Assembly: GCA_964526065.1 (NCBI GenBank)
Contig: CAZGID010000001.1
Span: 1 to 47,800, forward strand
Reading direction: 5' to 3'
Source: an uncultured bacterium
GTDB lineage: Bacteria > Omnitrophota > Omnitrophia > Omnitrophales > Aquincolibacteriaceae
DNA: 47,800 nt
Within the stretch, counting starts at the first letter, position 1, and each line of letters opens with the position of its first letter. The position numbers and the translations under genes are program-made. The notes under the pieces are model-generated. The model had not been told where the DNA came from. It saw only the letters and a list, made by a program, of their open reading frames with translations, and did not search any database. Shown here in pieces: positions 1 through 10,900 of this stretch.

Positions 1-1
1 C

Positions 2-379
2 ACCATGATGATCTCCGGTCTCTTGATTCTGGTCTACATTGTTTACCATCTGCTTCATTTCACTGTGGGGGTTACCCATCCGGAAATCATGCATCTCAAA
101 GACCCCCTGGGACGTCATGATGTTTACACCATGGTGGTCACGGCTTTTCGCGACTGGCGTATCACGGGGATCTATATTGTCAGCATGCTGCTGCTTGCCA
201 TGCATCTCAGCCACGGCATTTCCAGCGCTTTTCAATCCCTGGGTTGGAATAATGAACGCACAATGGTCTGCCTCAAGCGGCTCAGCTGGCTGCTTGCGGT
301 CCTCATTGCCGCCGGATACATCGCCATTCCCGTTGCGGCCGTCAGCGGCTACTTACCGCTGCCGGGAGGTGCTGCATGA
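2..379 (+). CDS. sdhC: Succinate dehydrogenase/fumarate reductase membrane cytochrome b subunit (b558 type), 5'-truncated by the window edge
   Basis: Hydrophobic helices carry His pairs (HLLHF, HLSHG) typical of the dihaem anchor. The frame is open back to base 2. The stop overlaps the sdhA start (ATGA at 376-379). It directly precedes sdhA-sdhB. Confidence 0.8.
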   Translation, partial: TMMISGLLILVYIVYHLLHFTVGVTHPEIMHLKDPLGRHDVYTMVVTAFRDWRITGIYIVSMLLLAMHLSHGISSAFQSLGWNNERTMVCLKRLSWLLAVLIAAGYIAIPVAAVSGYLPLPGGAA

Positions 380-2283
380 CCCTTGATGCCAAAATCCCTT
401 CGGGTCCCCTGGCCGAAAAGTGGGACAAGCGTCTTTTCGAAGGCAAGCTGGTCAATCCCGCCAATAAACGCAAATACAAGATTCTCATTGTCGGCACCGG
501 GCTGGCTGGCGGATCGGCGGCGGCTTCTCTGGCGGAACTTGGCTATGAAGTCGAAACGTTTTGTTTCCAGGACAGTCCGCGGCGGGCGCACAGCATTGCC
601 GCCCAGGGCGGGATCAACGCGGCAAAAAATTATCAAAATGACGGCGACAGCATCCGGCGTCTTTTCTACGACACCATCAAAGGAGGCGACTTTCGTTCGC
701 GTGAAGCCAATGTCTACCGCCTCGCACAATTAAGTACCAACATCATTGATCAGTGCGTAGCACAGGGCGTCCCCTTTGCCCGCGAATACAGTGGTTTTCT
801 GGCGAACCGGTCTTTTGGCGGTGCCCAGGTTTCACGAACCTTTTATTGCCGCGGCCAGACCGGCCAGCAGCTTCTGCTCGGCGCCTATCAGGCGATGGAA
901 CGGCAAATCCATCTGGGAAAAATCAAACATCACAGCCGCACCGAAATGCTGGATGTCGTGGTCTCGGGCGGCCGGGCGCACGGGATCGTCACCCGCAATC
1001 TGATTAACGGAAAAATCGAAACGCACTCCGGAGATGCTGTCATTCTGGCCACCGGCGGCTACTCCAATGTTTTCTTTCTTTCGACCAACGCCAAAGGCTG
1101 CAATGTTACCGCCGCCTGGCGGGCCCATAAGCAGGGCGCCTATTTTGCCAATCCCTGCTTCACTCAAATTCACCCGACGTGCATTCCCGTAAGCGGACAT
1201 TACCAGTCGAAACTGACGCTGATGTCCGAGTCATTGCGAAATGACGGCCGCATCTGGGTCCCCAAAAGCGCCGAAGACAAAAGACCGCCCCAGCATATTC
1301 CCGATGATGCGCGCGACTATGTGCTGGAACGCAAATATCCCAGTTTCGGCAATCTTGCCCCGCGGGATATCTCATCCCGCAGCGCCAAAGAAGTTTGCGA
1401 TGAAGGCCGCGGAGTCGGCCCGGGCGGCCAGGGCGTGTATCTTGATTTTGGCGACGCGATCCGGCGTCTTGGAGAAAAAACCGTCGAGGAACGCTACGGC
1501 AACCTCTTTCATATGTATGAAAAAATTACCGGCGAAAATCCCTATAAAACGCCGATGCGCATTTACCCGGCTCCGCACTACACGATGGGTGGTCTTTGGG
1601 TGGATTACAATTTAATGAGCACCGTCGAAGGCCTTTTCGTTCTGGGTGAAGCCAACTTCTCCGATCACGGAGCCAATCGCCTGGGAGCGAGCGCCCTCAT
1701 GCAGGGCCTGGCCGATGGGTATTTCATCATCCCGGCCACCATCAGTGACTTTCTGGCGCGCATCCGGCCCGGCGAAGGGGCCAATGCCCCCGAATTTTCC
1801 GAAACCCGTGAACGGGCTGAAAAACAAACCCGTCGCCTGCTTGGCATCAATGGCCGCCGGACGGTGGATGATTTTCACCGTCAGCTCGGCAAACTCATGT
1901 GGGACTACTGCGGAATGTCGCGCAGCGAATCCGGTCTGAAGAAAGCTTTGGCAGAAATTCCCGCCTTGCGCGAGGAGTTCTGGCAGAACGTCCGCATCCC
2001 CGGCGAGGGGCAGGAGCTGAACCAGACGCTCGAGCGTGCCGGCCGGGTTGCCGATTTCCTGGAATTCGCCGAATTAATGTGTCAGGACGCGCTTCACCGC
2101 AAAGAATCCTGCGGCGGGCACTTCCGGGTCGAAAGCCAGATGCCGGACGGCGAAGCCAAACGCGACGATGAACATTTTGCCTATGTCGCCGCCTGGCAGC
2201 ACCGTCCCGGAAAAGCGGCGGAACTTCATAAAGAGACGCTGCATTTCGAATCCGTCCAGCTTGCACAAAGGAGCTATAAATAA
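376..2283 (+). CDS. sdhA: Succinate dehydrogenase/fumarate reductase flavoprotein subunit
   Basis: 635 aa. N-terminal FAD Rossmann [14 protein letters not shown], covalent-FAD His motif [30 protein letters not shown] Shine-Dalgarno just upstream. Confidence 0.95.
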   Translation: MTLDAKIPSGPLAEKWDKRLFEGKLVNPANKRKYKILIVGTGLAGGSAAASLAELGYEVETFCFQDSPRRAHSIAAQGGINAAKNYQNDGDSIRRLFYDTIKGGDFRSREANVYRLAQLSTNIIDQCVAQGVPFAREYSGFLANRSFGGAQVSRTFYCRGQTGQQLLLGAYQAMERQIHLGKIKHHSRTEMLDVVVSGGRAHGIVTRNLINGKIETHSGDAVILATGGYSNVFFLSTNAKGCNVTAAWRAHKQGAYFANPCFTQIHPTCIPVSGHYQSKLTLMSESLRNDGRIWVPKSAEDKRPPQHIPDDARDYVLERKYPSFGNLAPRDISSRSAKEVCDEGRGVGPGGQGVYLDFGDAIRRLGEKTVEERYGNLFHMYEKITGENPYKTPMRIYPAPHYTMGGLWVDYNLMSTVEGLFVLGEANFSDHGANRLGASALMQGLADGYFIIPATISDFLARIRPGEGANAPEFSETRERAEKQTRRLLGINGRRTVDDFHRQLGKLMWDYCGMSRSESGLKKALAEIPALREEFWQNVRIPGEGQELNQTLERAGRVADFLEFAELMCQDALHRKESCGGHFRVESQMPDGEAKRDDEHFAYVAAWQHRPGKAAELHKETLHFESVQLAQRSYK

Positions 2284-3035
2284 TGAAAATGAAGCTTCAT
2301 ATCTGGCGGCAGAAGAACCGCAATAGCGCCGGCAAAATGGTCACGTATGAACTGACCGACCTTAGTCCGGATATGTCCTTTCTGGAAATGCTCGACGTTC
2401 TCAACGAACAGCTGGAAAGCCGCGGTGAAGACCCGGTGGCTTTTGATCATGACTGCCGCGAGGGCATTTGCGGTATGTGTTCCCTGATGATTAACGGAGA
2501 AGCCCACGGCCCGGATAAAGCCACGACCGTCTGCCAGCTGCATATGCGCCGGTTTCAGGATGGCGATGAAATTTTTATCGAGCCCTGGCGGGCACGCGCC
2601 TTCCCGGTTGTCAAGGATCTCTGCGTCGACCGTTCGGCTTTTGACCGCATCATCGCGGCCGGCGGATATGTTTCGGCCAGCACAGGCCGGGCTCAGGACG
2701 GCAATACGCTGTTGATTCCCAAAGACGATGCCGAAGAAGCGATGGATGCGGCCGCCTGTATCGGCTGCGGCGCGTGTGTGGCAGCCTGCCCCAATGCCTC
2801 AGCGATGCTCTTTGTGGCTTCCAAGGTTTCTCATCTGGCCAAAATGCCCCAGGGACAGCCGGAGAAAGCCAAACGCGTCTGGAATATGGTGCGTCAGATG
2901 GATGAGGAAGGTTTTGGAAACTGCACCAATCACTATGAATGCATGGAAGCCTGCCCCAAAAGCATCCACGTGAAGTTTATTGCGAAGATGAATCGCGATT
3001 ATCTGGCCACCACGCCGAATCCGCCTGCCGGCTGA
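2283..3035 (+). CDS. sdhB: Succinate dehydrogenase/fumarate reductase iron-sulfur subunit
   Basis: 250 aa. Three Cys clusters: [10 protein letters not shown]...C (2Fe-2S), [12 protein letters not shown] (4Fe-4S), [12 protein letters not shown] (3Fe-4S). TAATG overlap with sdhA. Confidence 0.95.
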   Translation: MKMKLHIWRQKNRNSAGKMVTYELTDLSPDMSFLEMLDVLNEQLESRGEDPVAFDHDCREGICGMCSLMINGEAHGPDKATTVCQLHMRRFQDGDEIFIEPWRARAFPVVKDLCVDRSAFDRIIAAGGYVSASTGRAQDGNTLLIPKDDAEEAMDAAACIGCGACVAACPNASAMLFVASKVSHLAKMPQGQPEKAKRVWNMVRQMDEEGFGNCTNHYECMEACPKSIHVKFIAKMNRDYLATTPNPPAG

Positions 3036-5522
3036 TTACTTCTTCAACTCCACCTGCTTCTTACATTTCAAACACATCACATAGAGTTGTTTTTCAGGCT
3101 TCAGCGAAAGCGCATAAATAATCAGCGGGATACCGATCAGGACCGGTGTCAAAACAATCCCGCCGATTAAAAGTCCCCAATACTGACCCGGATTGAAGTT
3201 TGCATGTTTCTTACCGGCGGTCGGAAGTCGCAAGCGGGCGCCGCAAAACGGGCATTGCAGACCTTTGGCAATCGCTTCGATATCGGCAAGCTGCCCCATG
3301 GCCGACGCCGCAGCCGCCCGCACATTTTCATTTTTATCCTTAAGCACTTCCAGCAGGGCTTCCCGCACACGAGCGTCCCCAAGTTTGGATAGACTGTCGA
3401 CCGCCGCTTTCCGCACCCGGGAATCCTTGTCTTTGACGAGTTCCAACAGCGCATCGGCGGCCCGTTTTTCGCGCAATTCGCCGAGGACTTGCGCGGCCTC
3501 AAGCCGGGCATCCGCCGTGGGCGACTTCAAAAGCTCCATCAATATCTCGACCGCCGGTGCCCCGATCTGGCGAAAAACCCAGGCCGCTTCCCGCCGCGCC
3601 TGAGGCTCTCCCTTTTCCAGCACCTGGGCCGCCACTTTTAAAGCTTCGGTATCGCCATGCCGCCCTAAACACCAGGCAGCGCGTACCTGCACCGAAGGAT
3701 CTGCGTCTTGTAGTAAGGGGCGAACTTCCTGCAGTATATTTCCATCCCCGATGGTTCCCAAAGCTTCCAGCACCCGCTTGCGGACTTCGGCATCCGGATT
3801 CTGGAGTGAACTTTTTAATGCGTCGATGGCCTCCGTGCTTTTCAAGGCCCCGAGGACACGGGCCGCATTCCCTTGTACCGCCGGAGAAGGATCCTGCAGG
3901 CTTTTAATGAGGTAAGCCACGGCGGCCTTGCCGACCATGCCGATCGCCGCCACGGCCGTTTCCTGCACCTGTTTGTCTTTATCGCGCAAGCCTTCGCTGA
4001 GGGCATCCATCGCTTTTGAATCGCCGATTTGCCCCAACGCATTCAAGGCACGCATCCGGACGGGCGGTTCGGGATCCTTCACCAGAGCGGCAAGCGCCTC
4101 CACTGCTTTGGCATCGCCAATTCTCCCCAAAGCCTCCGCCGCCTGCTGACGCATGAAACGGTCTTCATTTCCAAGTGCCTTGATCAAGGGATCCACCGTC
4201 GAAGGTCCCAACAAGGTGAGTGCCAGTGTCGCATCGTCTCGGACTTTATCATTGCGGATCTTGAGCATTTCGACCAAAGGCGCAATGCTTTTGGGATCAT
4301 TCAATCGGCTGAGCAGGGCAATGACCCGCTGCTGCACAATGGCTTCCTTGTCTTTCAATCCCTCGATCAACGCATCCAGGGTTTTTTCTCCATACTGTTC
4401 CAGATAAGCGGCTGCCGCTTTACGCGTCGCCTCCAGTTCATCATTCAGGGCCTTGATCAAAACCGGATAACCTTTCGGGTCTCCGATTTTTCCCAGCGCC
4501 GTCACAACCTGTTCACGGACGTTGTCGCTTTTGTCCGCATAAGCTTCACAAAGAACTTCCAGCGCTTTGGTGCTATGAATTTTCCCGAGCTTTCCCGCGG
4601 CAATTGCCCGGACATTTTCATTTTCATCTTTTAACCGCTCGATCAGCTGATCTTCCTCTTCGGCGGTATCCAGAATTTCCAAGGCTTCCGCCGCGGCCGA
4701 TTTCACCCGTTCATCGTTGTCCTGTTTTAATCCGCGCAAGGCTTCAGCCGACCCGCTGTCCCGAAGCCGCCCCAGCGCCTGAACCGCACACAAGCGGACG
4801 CTTGCATTTTTGTCGTTCAACGCCTCACGCAAAGCCGGGATGGCCTTGGCATCCGGACGCTCTCCGAAATAGGCCGCTGCTTTTTCACGCACCGCCGCCT
4901 GTTCATTTTTGAGCGCCTCAAGAAGAGCATCCACCACGAGTTCCGGATTTTCATAACCGGAAAGCGAATGGACGGCGGCAACCCGGATACGGACTTCCGC
5001 ATCCGTCAAACAACTGGCCAGAACGGAAACGGATTCCGCACGCCGCAGTCTTCCCAGCGCTTCTACCGCCTGAAAGCGGACTTCCCCATCCGGATCTTTG
5101 ACTAAGGGAAAAAGCTGGGAAGCCGCTTCCGTTTCGTGGCGTTTTCCAATTACTTCCGCAATGCCGGCCCGGACGGTTGCTTTTTCGGCCGACAGTTTGG
5201 ACGTCAACGTGCCGACGGGAAGCCCGTTCATTCCGGAAAGAAGAAAGACGGCCCGCCGGCGAATCACGGCGTTGGAATCTTCAAGGGATTGAATCAGGGC
5301 TTCGGCGGCCGGAACTCCGATGCGCTGCAAGGCATGGGTGGCCGCCTGGGCCACTTCCTCATTCGAGTCGGCCAGGGCGGCCGTCAGGGCTGCAATGGCG
5401 TGAAGGTCGCCGATTTTTCCAAGAGACTCTGCCGCGCCTTTCCGAATGGAGGCGGACTTGTCTTCTTTAAGTGTTGCAATGAGTTCCTGGACTTCTGAGG
5501 AACCTGACGATGGTTCAGCCAT
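3036..5522 (-). CDS. HEAT-repeat (PBS-lyase-like HEAT) protein, 828 aa, with a C-terminal CxxC-hydrophobic-CxxC module
   Basis: Roughly two dozen tandem ~31-aa repeats of the form AAxALGxIGDxxAvxxLxxxLxDxxxxVRxxA. The last 75 aa read CPFC...YWGLLIGGIVLTPVLIGIPLIIYALSL...CLKC. Confidence 0.85.
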   Translation of the reverse strand: MAEPSSGSSEVQELIATLKEDKSASIRKGAAESLGKIGDLHAIAALTAALADSNEEVAQAATHALQRIGVPAAEALIQSLEDSNAVIRRRAVFLLSGMNGLPVGTLTSKLSAEKATVRAGIAEVIGKRHETEAASQLFPLVKDPDGEVRFQAVEALGRLRRAESVSVLASCLTDAEVRIRVAAVHSLSGYENPELVVDALLEALKNEQAAVREKAAAYFGERPDAKAIPALREALNDKNASVRLCAVQALGRLRDSGSAEALRGLKQDNDERVKSAAAEALEILDTAEEEDQLIERLKDENENVRAIAAGKLGKIHSTKALEVLCEAYADKSDNVREQVVTALGKIGDPKGYPVLIKALNDELEATRKAAAAYLEQYGEKTLDALIEGLKDKEAIVQQRVIALLSRLNDPKSIAPLVEMLKIRNDKVRDDATLALTLLGPSTVDPLIKALGNEDRFMRQQAAEALGRIGDAKAVEALAALVKDPEPPVRMRALNALGQIGDSKAMDALSEGLRDKDKQVQETAVAAIGMVGKAAVAYLIKSLQDPSPAVQGNAARVLGALKSTEAIDALKSSLQNPDAEVRKRVLEALGTIGDGNILQEVRPLLQDADPSVQVRAAWCLGRHGDTEALKVAAQVLEKGEPQARREAAWVFRQIGAPAVEILMELLKSPTADARLEAAQVLGELREKRAADALLELVKDKDSRVRKAAVDSLSKLGDARVREALLEVLKDKNENVRAAAASAMGQLADIEAIAKGLQCPFCGARLRLPTAGKKHANFNPGQYWGLLIGGIVLTPVLIGIPLIIYALSLKPEKQLYVMCLKCKKQVELKK

Positions 5523-5612
5523 AATTATTTATTCCAGACGATGAATTGCGAGAGGTTATACAAGGTTAAAAGAAGTATAGCATGCCCTATCGGGCTCTGC
5601 CGGGCGATGGCG

Positions 5613-5897
5613 GCGAGGACTCCACATGGGAATCTTGACGATTCCCTATGCGGGAAATCTCTTTGGCGGTCACAAGAGAGCGTCTTCCTTAGACGCACCT
5701 TGTGCCGTCATCAATCATAAGATTGATGGCGGAGAGGGAGAGATTTGCCCTCGCGCCCGTGCGCGAGGACTCCACATGGGAATCTTGACGATTCCCTATG
5801 CGGAAAATCTCTTTGGCGGTCACAAGAGAGCGTCTTCCCCAGACGCTCCTTGTGCCGTCATCAATCATAAGATTGATGGCGGAGAGGGAGAGATTTG
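5613..5897. repeat. Tandem direct duplication, 2 x 135 bp (5613-5747 and 5763-5897), 150-bp period, 15-bp spacer
   Basis: The two copies differ at 4 positions by my alignment. Each ends with TGGCGGAGAGGGAGAGATTTG, the last 21 nt of tRNA-Ser read on the plus strand. Each copy holds three inverted repeats: ATCAAT/ATTGAT, a ~13-bp stem CACAAG.GAGCGTC/GACGCTC.CTTGTG, and GGGAATC/GATTCCC. Confidence 0.9.
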
Positions 5898-5965
5898 AAC
5901 TCTCAAGGGCGCAAGCGCCCGCCGGTTTTCGAGACCGGTGCAATACCGGATTATGCGACCTCTCC
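5877..5965 (-). tRNA. tRNA-Ser (anticodon CGA), class II with long variable arm, CCA encoded
   Basis: The reverse complement GGAGAGG..CCGGT-CTCGAAA-ACCGG-C-GGGCGC-TT-GCGCCC-TT-GAGAG-TTCAAAT-CTCTC-CCTCTCC-G-CCA folds as a cloverleaf. It has a 7-bp acceptor, a 5-bp anticodon stem, U33, anticodon CGA, a 6-bp variable-arm stem and a TTCAAAT T-loop. Length is 89 nt. Confidence 0.88.
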
Positions 5966-6000
5966 ATAAGGAAAGAAGACAAACTTGCAGTGAAGGTGCC

Positions 6001-6029
6001 ATTGTAAGCGTTCCGGCAATTCCGGTCAA
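6001..6029 (-). promoter_or_regulatory. Sigma70-like promoter candidate for tRNA-Ser
   Basis: The minus strand reads TTGACC (6029-6024), a 17-nt spacer, then TACAAT (6006-6001), about 35 nt upstream of tRNA position 1. The -35 element overlaps the stop codon of the GGDEF gene. Confidence 0.5.
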
Positions 6030-7807
6030 CTTCCCGTCGTCTGGCGCAGATCTTCTTCTGTAGAGACCTTGTTTTTACCTGTTTTTTTGGACCGGTACAG
6101 CGCCTCGTCGGCACGCCGGATCATCGGGTCGGGAATCGTCTCTTTTGGATGCAGGGTGCCGACGCCCAAGCTAATCGTTACGGGAATTCGTTTTCCTTCC
6201 CAGTCAAAATGATGCTGTTCGATCGCCTTGCGGATCCGTTCCGCCACCTTTTCAGCCGCATCTTTCAACGCGGTATTGCGGAGCATGACAATAAATTCTT
6301 CTCCCCCGTAGCGGGCCACAAAATCAGTTTCGTGAAACGGGCGCTGCGACCGCAGGCAGGACTGGATGATGCGGGCCGCATGCTTTAACACATAGTCCCC
6401 CGCCGCATGTCCGAATGTATCGTTGACCGGCTTGAAATTATCCAGGTCTGTCAAAATCACGGAAAGCGGATTGCCGTTATGATGCGATTCCCGCGTGACC
6501 TGGTTCACCACTTCCCGGAAATAACGAATGACAAAAAGACCGGTCAAACCGTCACGCGTGGCCAAATCAAAAAGCCGCGCCTGTTCCCGGCTGGCGACAA
6601 GATGGCTGTACAGCATGGAAAAAATGAACAGCACCAGAATCAGCAAAACCGGTTGAAGCACATAAATCCAGTACCCGGCCAGCCAGAAAGCAAGAAAAGC
6701 TCCCGCCATCCAGAGCACCCCAAGGGCGACCGCCCAGAGAAAAGAAGCGAAATACCGCAGGGAAACAAAAAGAAGTGATGCCGCCATCCCCACGAGCGCT
6801 AAAAGCATGGCATTCATGCCGAGCGGCACCTCCCGAATAAATTGCCGCGTCAGTAAACTGTTTGCCACGTGGGCCAGCACGCCGACCAGCGGGAACTCCG
6901 CCGCCATGGGGGTCGCCTTTAAGTTGGCCACGCCGCGCGCACTCAGGCCGATCAGACAGATTTTTCCCGCAAAATCGGACGGGTTTAATACCGGCGGCCG
7001 CCCCTGCTCAAGGGCCTGATACGTACGGATCACATCTGCAAAAGAATAATGGGGAATAACGCTTTGCCGGGTCCCGGCCCAGTTGATCAGCAGTTTGCCT
7101 TCCGAATCCAGCGGTAAGGAAACCGCCGACTGGCTGAAACGGTCCAGATGATCATAGTAGATTTGCAGCCCCAGATAAGGATGAGAGGCTTTGCGGGAGA
7201 CCAGATAAGGCGCAATGCGCCGAAGCACCCCGTCGGGATCGGGTTCGGCATTAATATGCCCGACGCCCGCGGCAGCTTCGTTGATCTCCGGAAGCGAATA
7301 CCGCCATTGCAGGCTCTCCCCGCCGGGTTCCAGCACCATAGGCAGGGAATGCACCCAATAAGTTTTTCCCGGATTCTTTTCCAGCACAACCGGCAGATAA
7401 ACATTCTCCGCCTTTTGAATCGCTTCTTTCAATGTCGTTGTTTCATAAACGCCGGGAGAATCCTGAAACAGCATATTGAAAACGATGGCTTTGGCTTTCC
7501 ACTTATGCAGCACATTCATCATGGCCGCATGGTAGTTCCACGGCCAGGGCCATTGACCGATGGATTGCAGACTCTCTTCGTCAATTTCAATGACGACCAG
7601 ATCCGGATGAACTTCAAGTGCAGGCCGCTGGCGGAAAAAATAATCGAGAACACGCTGCTCGGCTGCTTCCATCCGTCCCGAGGCCAGGAGAATTAAATGC
7701 AGCAGAATGATGAGCAGACAGAACAAAAGCTGCAGGACATCCGGCCGGGTCAGGATGGAGGGCCGCTGGCTTCGCGTAAAAAGGCGTTCTAGCGTCGGAA
7801 ACTTCAT
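6026..7807 (-). CDS. CHASE2 sensor-domain diguanylate cyclase (GGDEF)
   Basis: 593 aa. N-terminal TM helix, a ~300-aa extracytoplasmic region of CHASE2 type, a cluster of TM helices, then a GGDEF domain (DLDNFKPVNDTFGHAAGD, RYGGEEF). Confidence 0.85.
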   Translation of the reverse strand: MKFPTLERLFTRSQRPSILTRPDVLQLLFCLLIILLHLILLASGRMEAAEQRVLDYFFRQRPALEVHPDLVVIEIDEESLQSIGQWPWPWNYHAAMMNVLHKWKAKAIVFNMLFQDSPGVYETTTLKEAIQKAENVYLPVVLEKNPGKTYWVHSLPMVLEPGGESLQWRYSLPEINEAAAGVGHINAEPDPDGVLRRIAPYLVSRKASHPYLGLQIYYDHLDRFSQSAVSLPLDSEGKLLINWAGTRQSVIPHYSFADVIRTYQALEQGRPPVLNPSDFAGKICLIGLSARGVANLKATPMAAEFPLVGVLAHVANSLLTRQFIREVPLGMNAMLLALVGMAASLLFVSLRYFASFLWAVALGVLWMAGAFLAFWLAGYWIYVLQPVLLILVLFIFSMLYSHLVASREQARLFDLATRDGLTGLFVIRYFREVVNQVTRESHHNGNPLSVILTDLDNFKPVNDTFGHAAGDYVLKHAARIIQSCLRSQRPFHETDFVARYGGEEFIVMLRNTALKDAAEKVAERIRKAIEQHHFDWEGKRIPVTISLGVGTLHPKETIPDPMIRRADEALYRSKKTGKNKVSTEEDLRQTTGS

Positions 7808-7851
7808 AGGATCAAGTGTAACATCGGCCGAAAAGGAAGGATTCTAAACGA

Positions 7852-7895
7852 GGGGAAAAAGAAGAAGGCCCGGAAGAAAACTCTTCCGGGCCTTC
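7852..7895 (-). terminator. Rho-independent terminator of nrdJ
   Basis: Perfect 13-bp stem GAAGGCCCGGAAG / CTTCCGGGCCTTC (7864-7895) with a 6-nt loop. On the minus strand it is followed by TTCTTTTTCCCC. It lies 20 nt after the nrdJ stop. Confidence 0.8.
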
Positions 7896-7914
7896 ATTGA
7901 ACAACCGCTTGGGA

Positions 7915-10900
7915 TCAGGAACAGCCCATGCTGTTACCGCAATTCAGACAGCGATAACAGGATCCATTCCGGACGGTGACATGCCCGCAGACATTACAGA
8001 AGGGCGCATCCCCCATCATACCGGAAAGATGTTCATCGAGCGCATCCGCCTTGGCATGACCCGCCTCGGATTGGGCGGCCACCAGACGGGACCCCCCATT
8101 GCGGGCGGCCGCTTGCGCCGCGCCATCAATTTCCTTGGCGTGACCGTTTCCGGGAGCCGCCGGTGCCGGAGAGCTTTCCGGCAGCTGATGAACCTTCTGC
8201 GTATTCAGTTGCAGCGTGGCGGGATCAGGCGGAACCTGGACAAAATCAGTGCGGCCCAGATATTCCATTCCCAGCACCCGGAACAGGAAATCCACAATCG
8301 AAGTCGCAAATTTCACATTCGGATGATCCACGGATCCCTGCGGCTCAAAGCGCGTGAAGGTAAACACACTGACGAATTCTTCCAGCGGCACCCCGTGCTG
8401 CAGGCCGAGCGAAACGGCAATCGCAAAACAGTTCATGATCGAACGAAACGCAGCGCCTTCTTTGTGGATATCCACAAAAATTTCGCCAAGTTTTCCGTCT
8501 TCATATTCGCCGGTGCGGAGATACACTTTCTGGCCTCCCACACGGGCCTCGACCGTAATCCCGTCCCGCTTTTTCGGAAGCCGGCGGCGGCGGGTCAATT
8601 CCTGCAGAGCGGCTGCCGCAGCGGCCGGAATCTGCGGGTTCTTTTCCGCCTTCTCATCCTTGTCGTCCTTATTATCCGAACGCGTATTGAGCGGCTGAGA
8701 GTGCTTGCAGCCATCGCGGTAAAGCGCCACGGCCTTGAGCCCCATCTGCCAGCCCTGGACATAGATATCCTTGATTTCTTCGACCGTAATTTCATTGGGC
8801 AGATTCACGGTCTTGGAAATCGCGCCCGAAATAAACTTCTGGGCAGCAGCCATCATCCGGATATGGGACATGGGATGAAGGAAGCGTTCTCCGTATTTTC
8901 CGCATTTATTGGCACAATCGAAAATCGGAAGATGTTCAGACTTCAAATGCGGCGCGCCTTCGATCGTCATCATGCCGCAAATAACGTTGTTCGCCTCATC
9001 AATTTCCGCACGGCTGAAACCCAGCGCCGATAACAAATTGAAATCCGGCTTGTTGAAGGCTTCGGGTTTGATCCCGAGGCGCTTCAGCGTTTCCTCTCCG
9101 AGCGTCCAGCGAGTGAAGGCAAAGGAAAGATCAAAAACCGAGGGCAGCATCGCTTCAATGCGCGCCAGATCTTCTTCCGCAAAGCCCTTTTCTTTCAGCG
9201 TCTCCCGGTTAATCCACGGGGTGCCTTCCAGGCGTGAAGTCCCGCGAATGTAATCGACGATATCCTGAATCTCAGCATCCGCATATCCAAGCCGCCGCAA
9301 TGCCAGCGGTACGGACTGATTGATGATCTTGAAATACCCGCCTCCGGCCAGTTTCTTGAACTTCACCAGCGCGAAATCCGGTTCGATACCCGTCGTATCG
9401 CAATCCATCAGAAGCCCGATGGTTCCAGTCGGCGCAATGACGCTTGCCTGTCCGTTGCGGTAGCCAAATTTCTTGCCCAGCCGCAACGCCTCTTCCCAGT
9501 CTTCGCGGGCGGCTTCGAGAAGATCAGCCGGACAGTCTTCAGCCGAAATTTCATAGGCGGCATCCCGATGCATGCCGATGACTTCCAGCATGGACTCCCG
9601 GTTTTTGGGATACCCCGGAAACGGTCCTTTGGACGCAGCAATTTCCGAAGAAACCTTGTAGGCATGGCCGGTCATGATCGCCGTCAAAGCGCCGGCCACC
9701 GCCGTCGCACGGGAAGAATCATAAGGAATCCCTTCGACCATAAGCATCGTACCCAGGTTGGCATAACCAAGGCCCAACGGCCGGTAATCATGGCTGTTCT
9801 TGGCAATCTGGCGGGTCGGATACGAAGCCAGATCCACCACAATTTCCATTGCCGTGATAAAAACCCGGATGGTGTGGCGGTAGGCTTCAATATCAAAGCG
9901 GCCTTCGGCATCCACATACTTCATCAAATTGATGGAGGCCAGGTTGCAAGCGGAATCATCCAGGTACATGTATTCCGAGCAGGGATTAGAGGCATTGATT
10001 TTGCCCGATGCCTTGGAGGTATGCCAGCGGTTAATTGTGGAATCAAACTGAACCCCTGGATCCGCACAGCTCCAGGCGGCCTGGGCAATCTGATCCATCA
10101 AATCGCGGGCCTTAAAGGTTTCGCAAACTTCCCCGGTTGTCCGGAAACGGGTCTGCCATTCCCCGTCATTTTCGTAAGCCTTCATGAAGTCGTCGGATAT
10201 GCGGACCGAGTTATTGGAATTCTGGCCCGAAACCGTCCGGTAAGCTTCCCCGTTGAAGTCTGAAGGATAGCCGGCATCAATCAGGATCTTGGCCTTCTTT
10301 TCTTCGCGGGCCTTCCAGTTGATGAAATCGACAATTTCCGGATGATCGAGATCCAGACAAACCATCTTTGCGGCCCGGCGCGTCGTTCCGCCCGATTTGG
10401 TGGCCCCGGCTCCACGATCGAAAACCTCCAGGAAAGACATCAGTCCGGAAGACGTACCGCCGCCGGAAAGTTTTTCCTGCCGGCCGCGAATCGGCGAAAA
10501 ATTGGATCCTGTACCGGAACCGTATTTGAAAAGACGGGCTTCGTTCTGAACCAGCTCGAAAATCGCCATGAGATCGTCTCCAACCGACTGAATAAAGCAG
10601 GCGGAGCACTGCGGATGGGTATAGGCGTCTTCGGTCTGCTTGATGGTGTCCGTCTCGCTGTCCCAGAACCAACTGCCACCACTGCCTTTGATCCCGTACA
10701 AATGAAGGCCGCAATTGAACCACACCGGCGAATTGAAGGCCGTTTTCTGGGTAATCAACAGATGGAGGAGTTCATCTTCAAAAATCTGGGCATCGCGGGG
10801 AGACTTGAAATAATTTCCCAGCTTTTCACCGGCTTCACGAATGGTATGGGCAATGCGGTAAACCACCTGGCGGGCGCTGACTTCATGACCGGTTTCAGGA

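Noticed and set aside
3036-5522. Annotating the HEAT-repeat protein as a phycobilisome lyase or phycocyanobilin lyase.
   Set aside because: The repeat type is shared with PBS lyases, but there is no phycobiliprotein or other cyanobacterial context in the window. In addition, 24 or so repeats plus a membrane tail is not the lyase architecture. Only the generic HEAT-repeat call is supported.
5613-5897. Possible CRISPR array or integrated mobile element at tRNA-Ser.
   Set aside because: There are only two copies, the units are 135 bp, and the spacer is 15 bp, so this is not CRISPR geometry. No integrase, transposase or cargo lies between or beside the copies. It is kept only as an att-scar or duplication hypothesis.
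5626-5898. A 90-aa plus-strand ORF with an internally repeated peptide (MGILTIPYA.NLFGGHKRASS...DGGEGEI twice).
   Set aside because: The internal protein repeat simply mirrors the 150-bp-period DNA duplication. The ORF also runs into the tRNA-Ser gene on the opposite strand. There is no SD and no motif.
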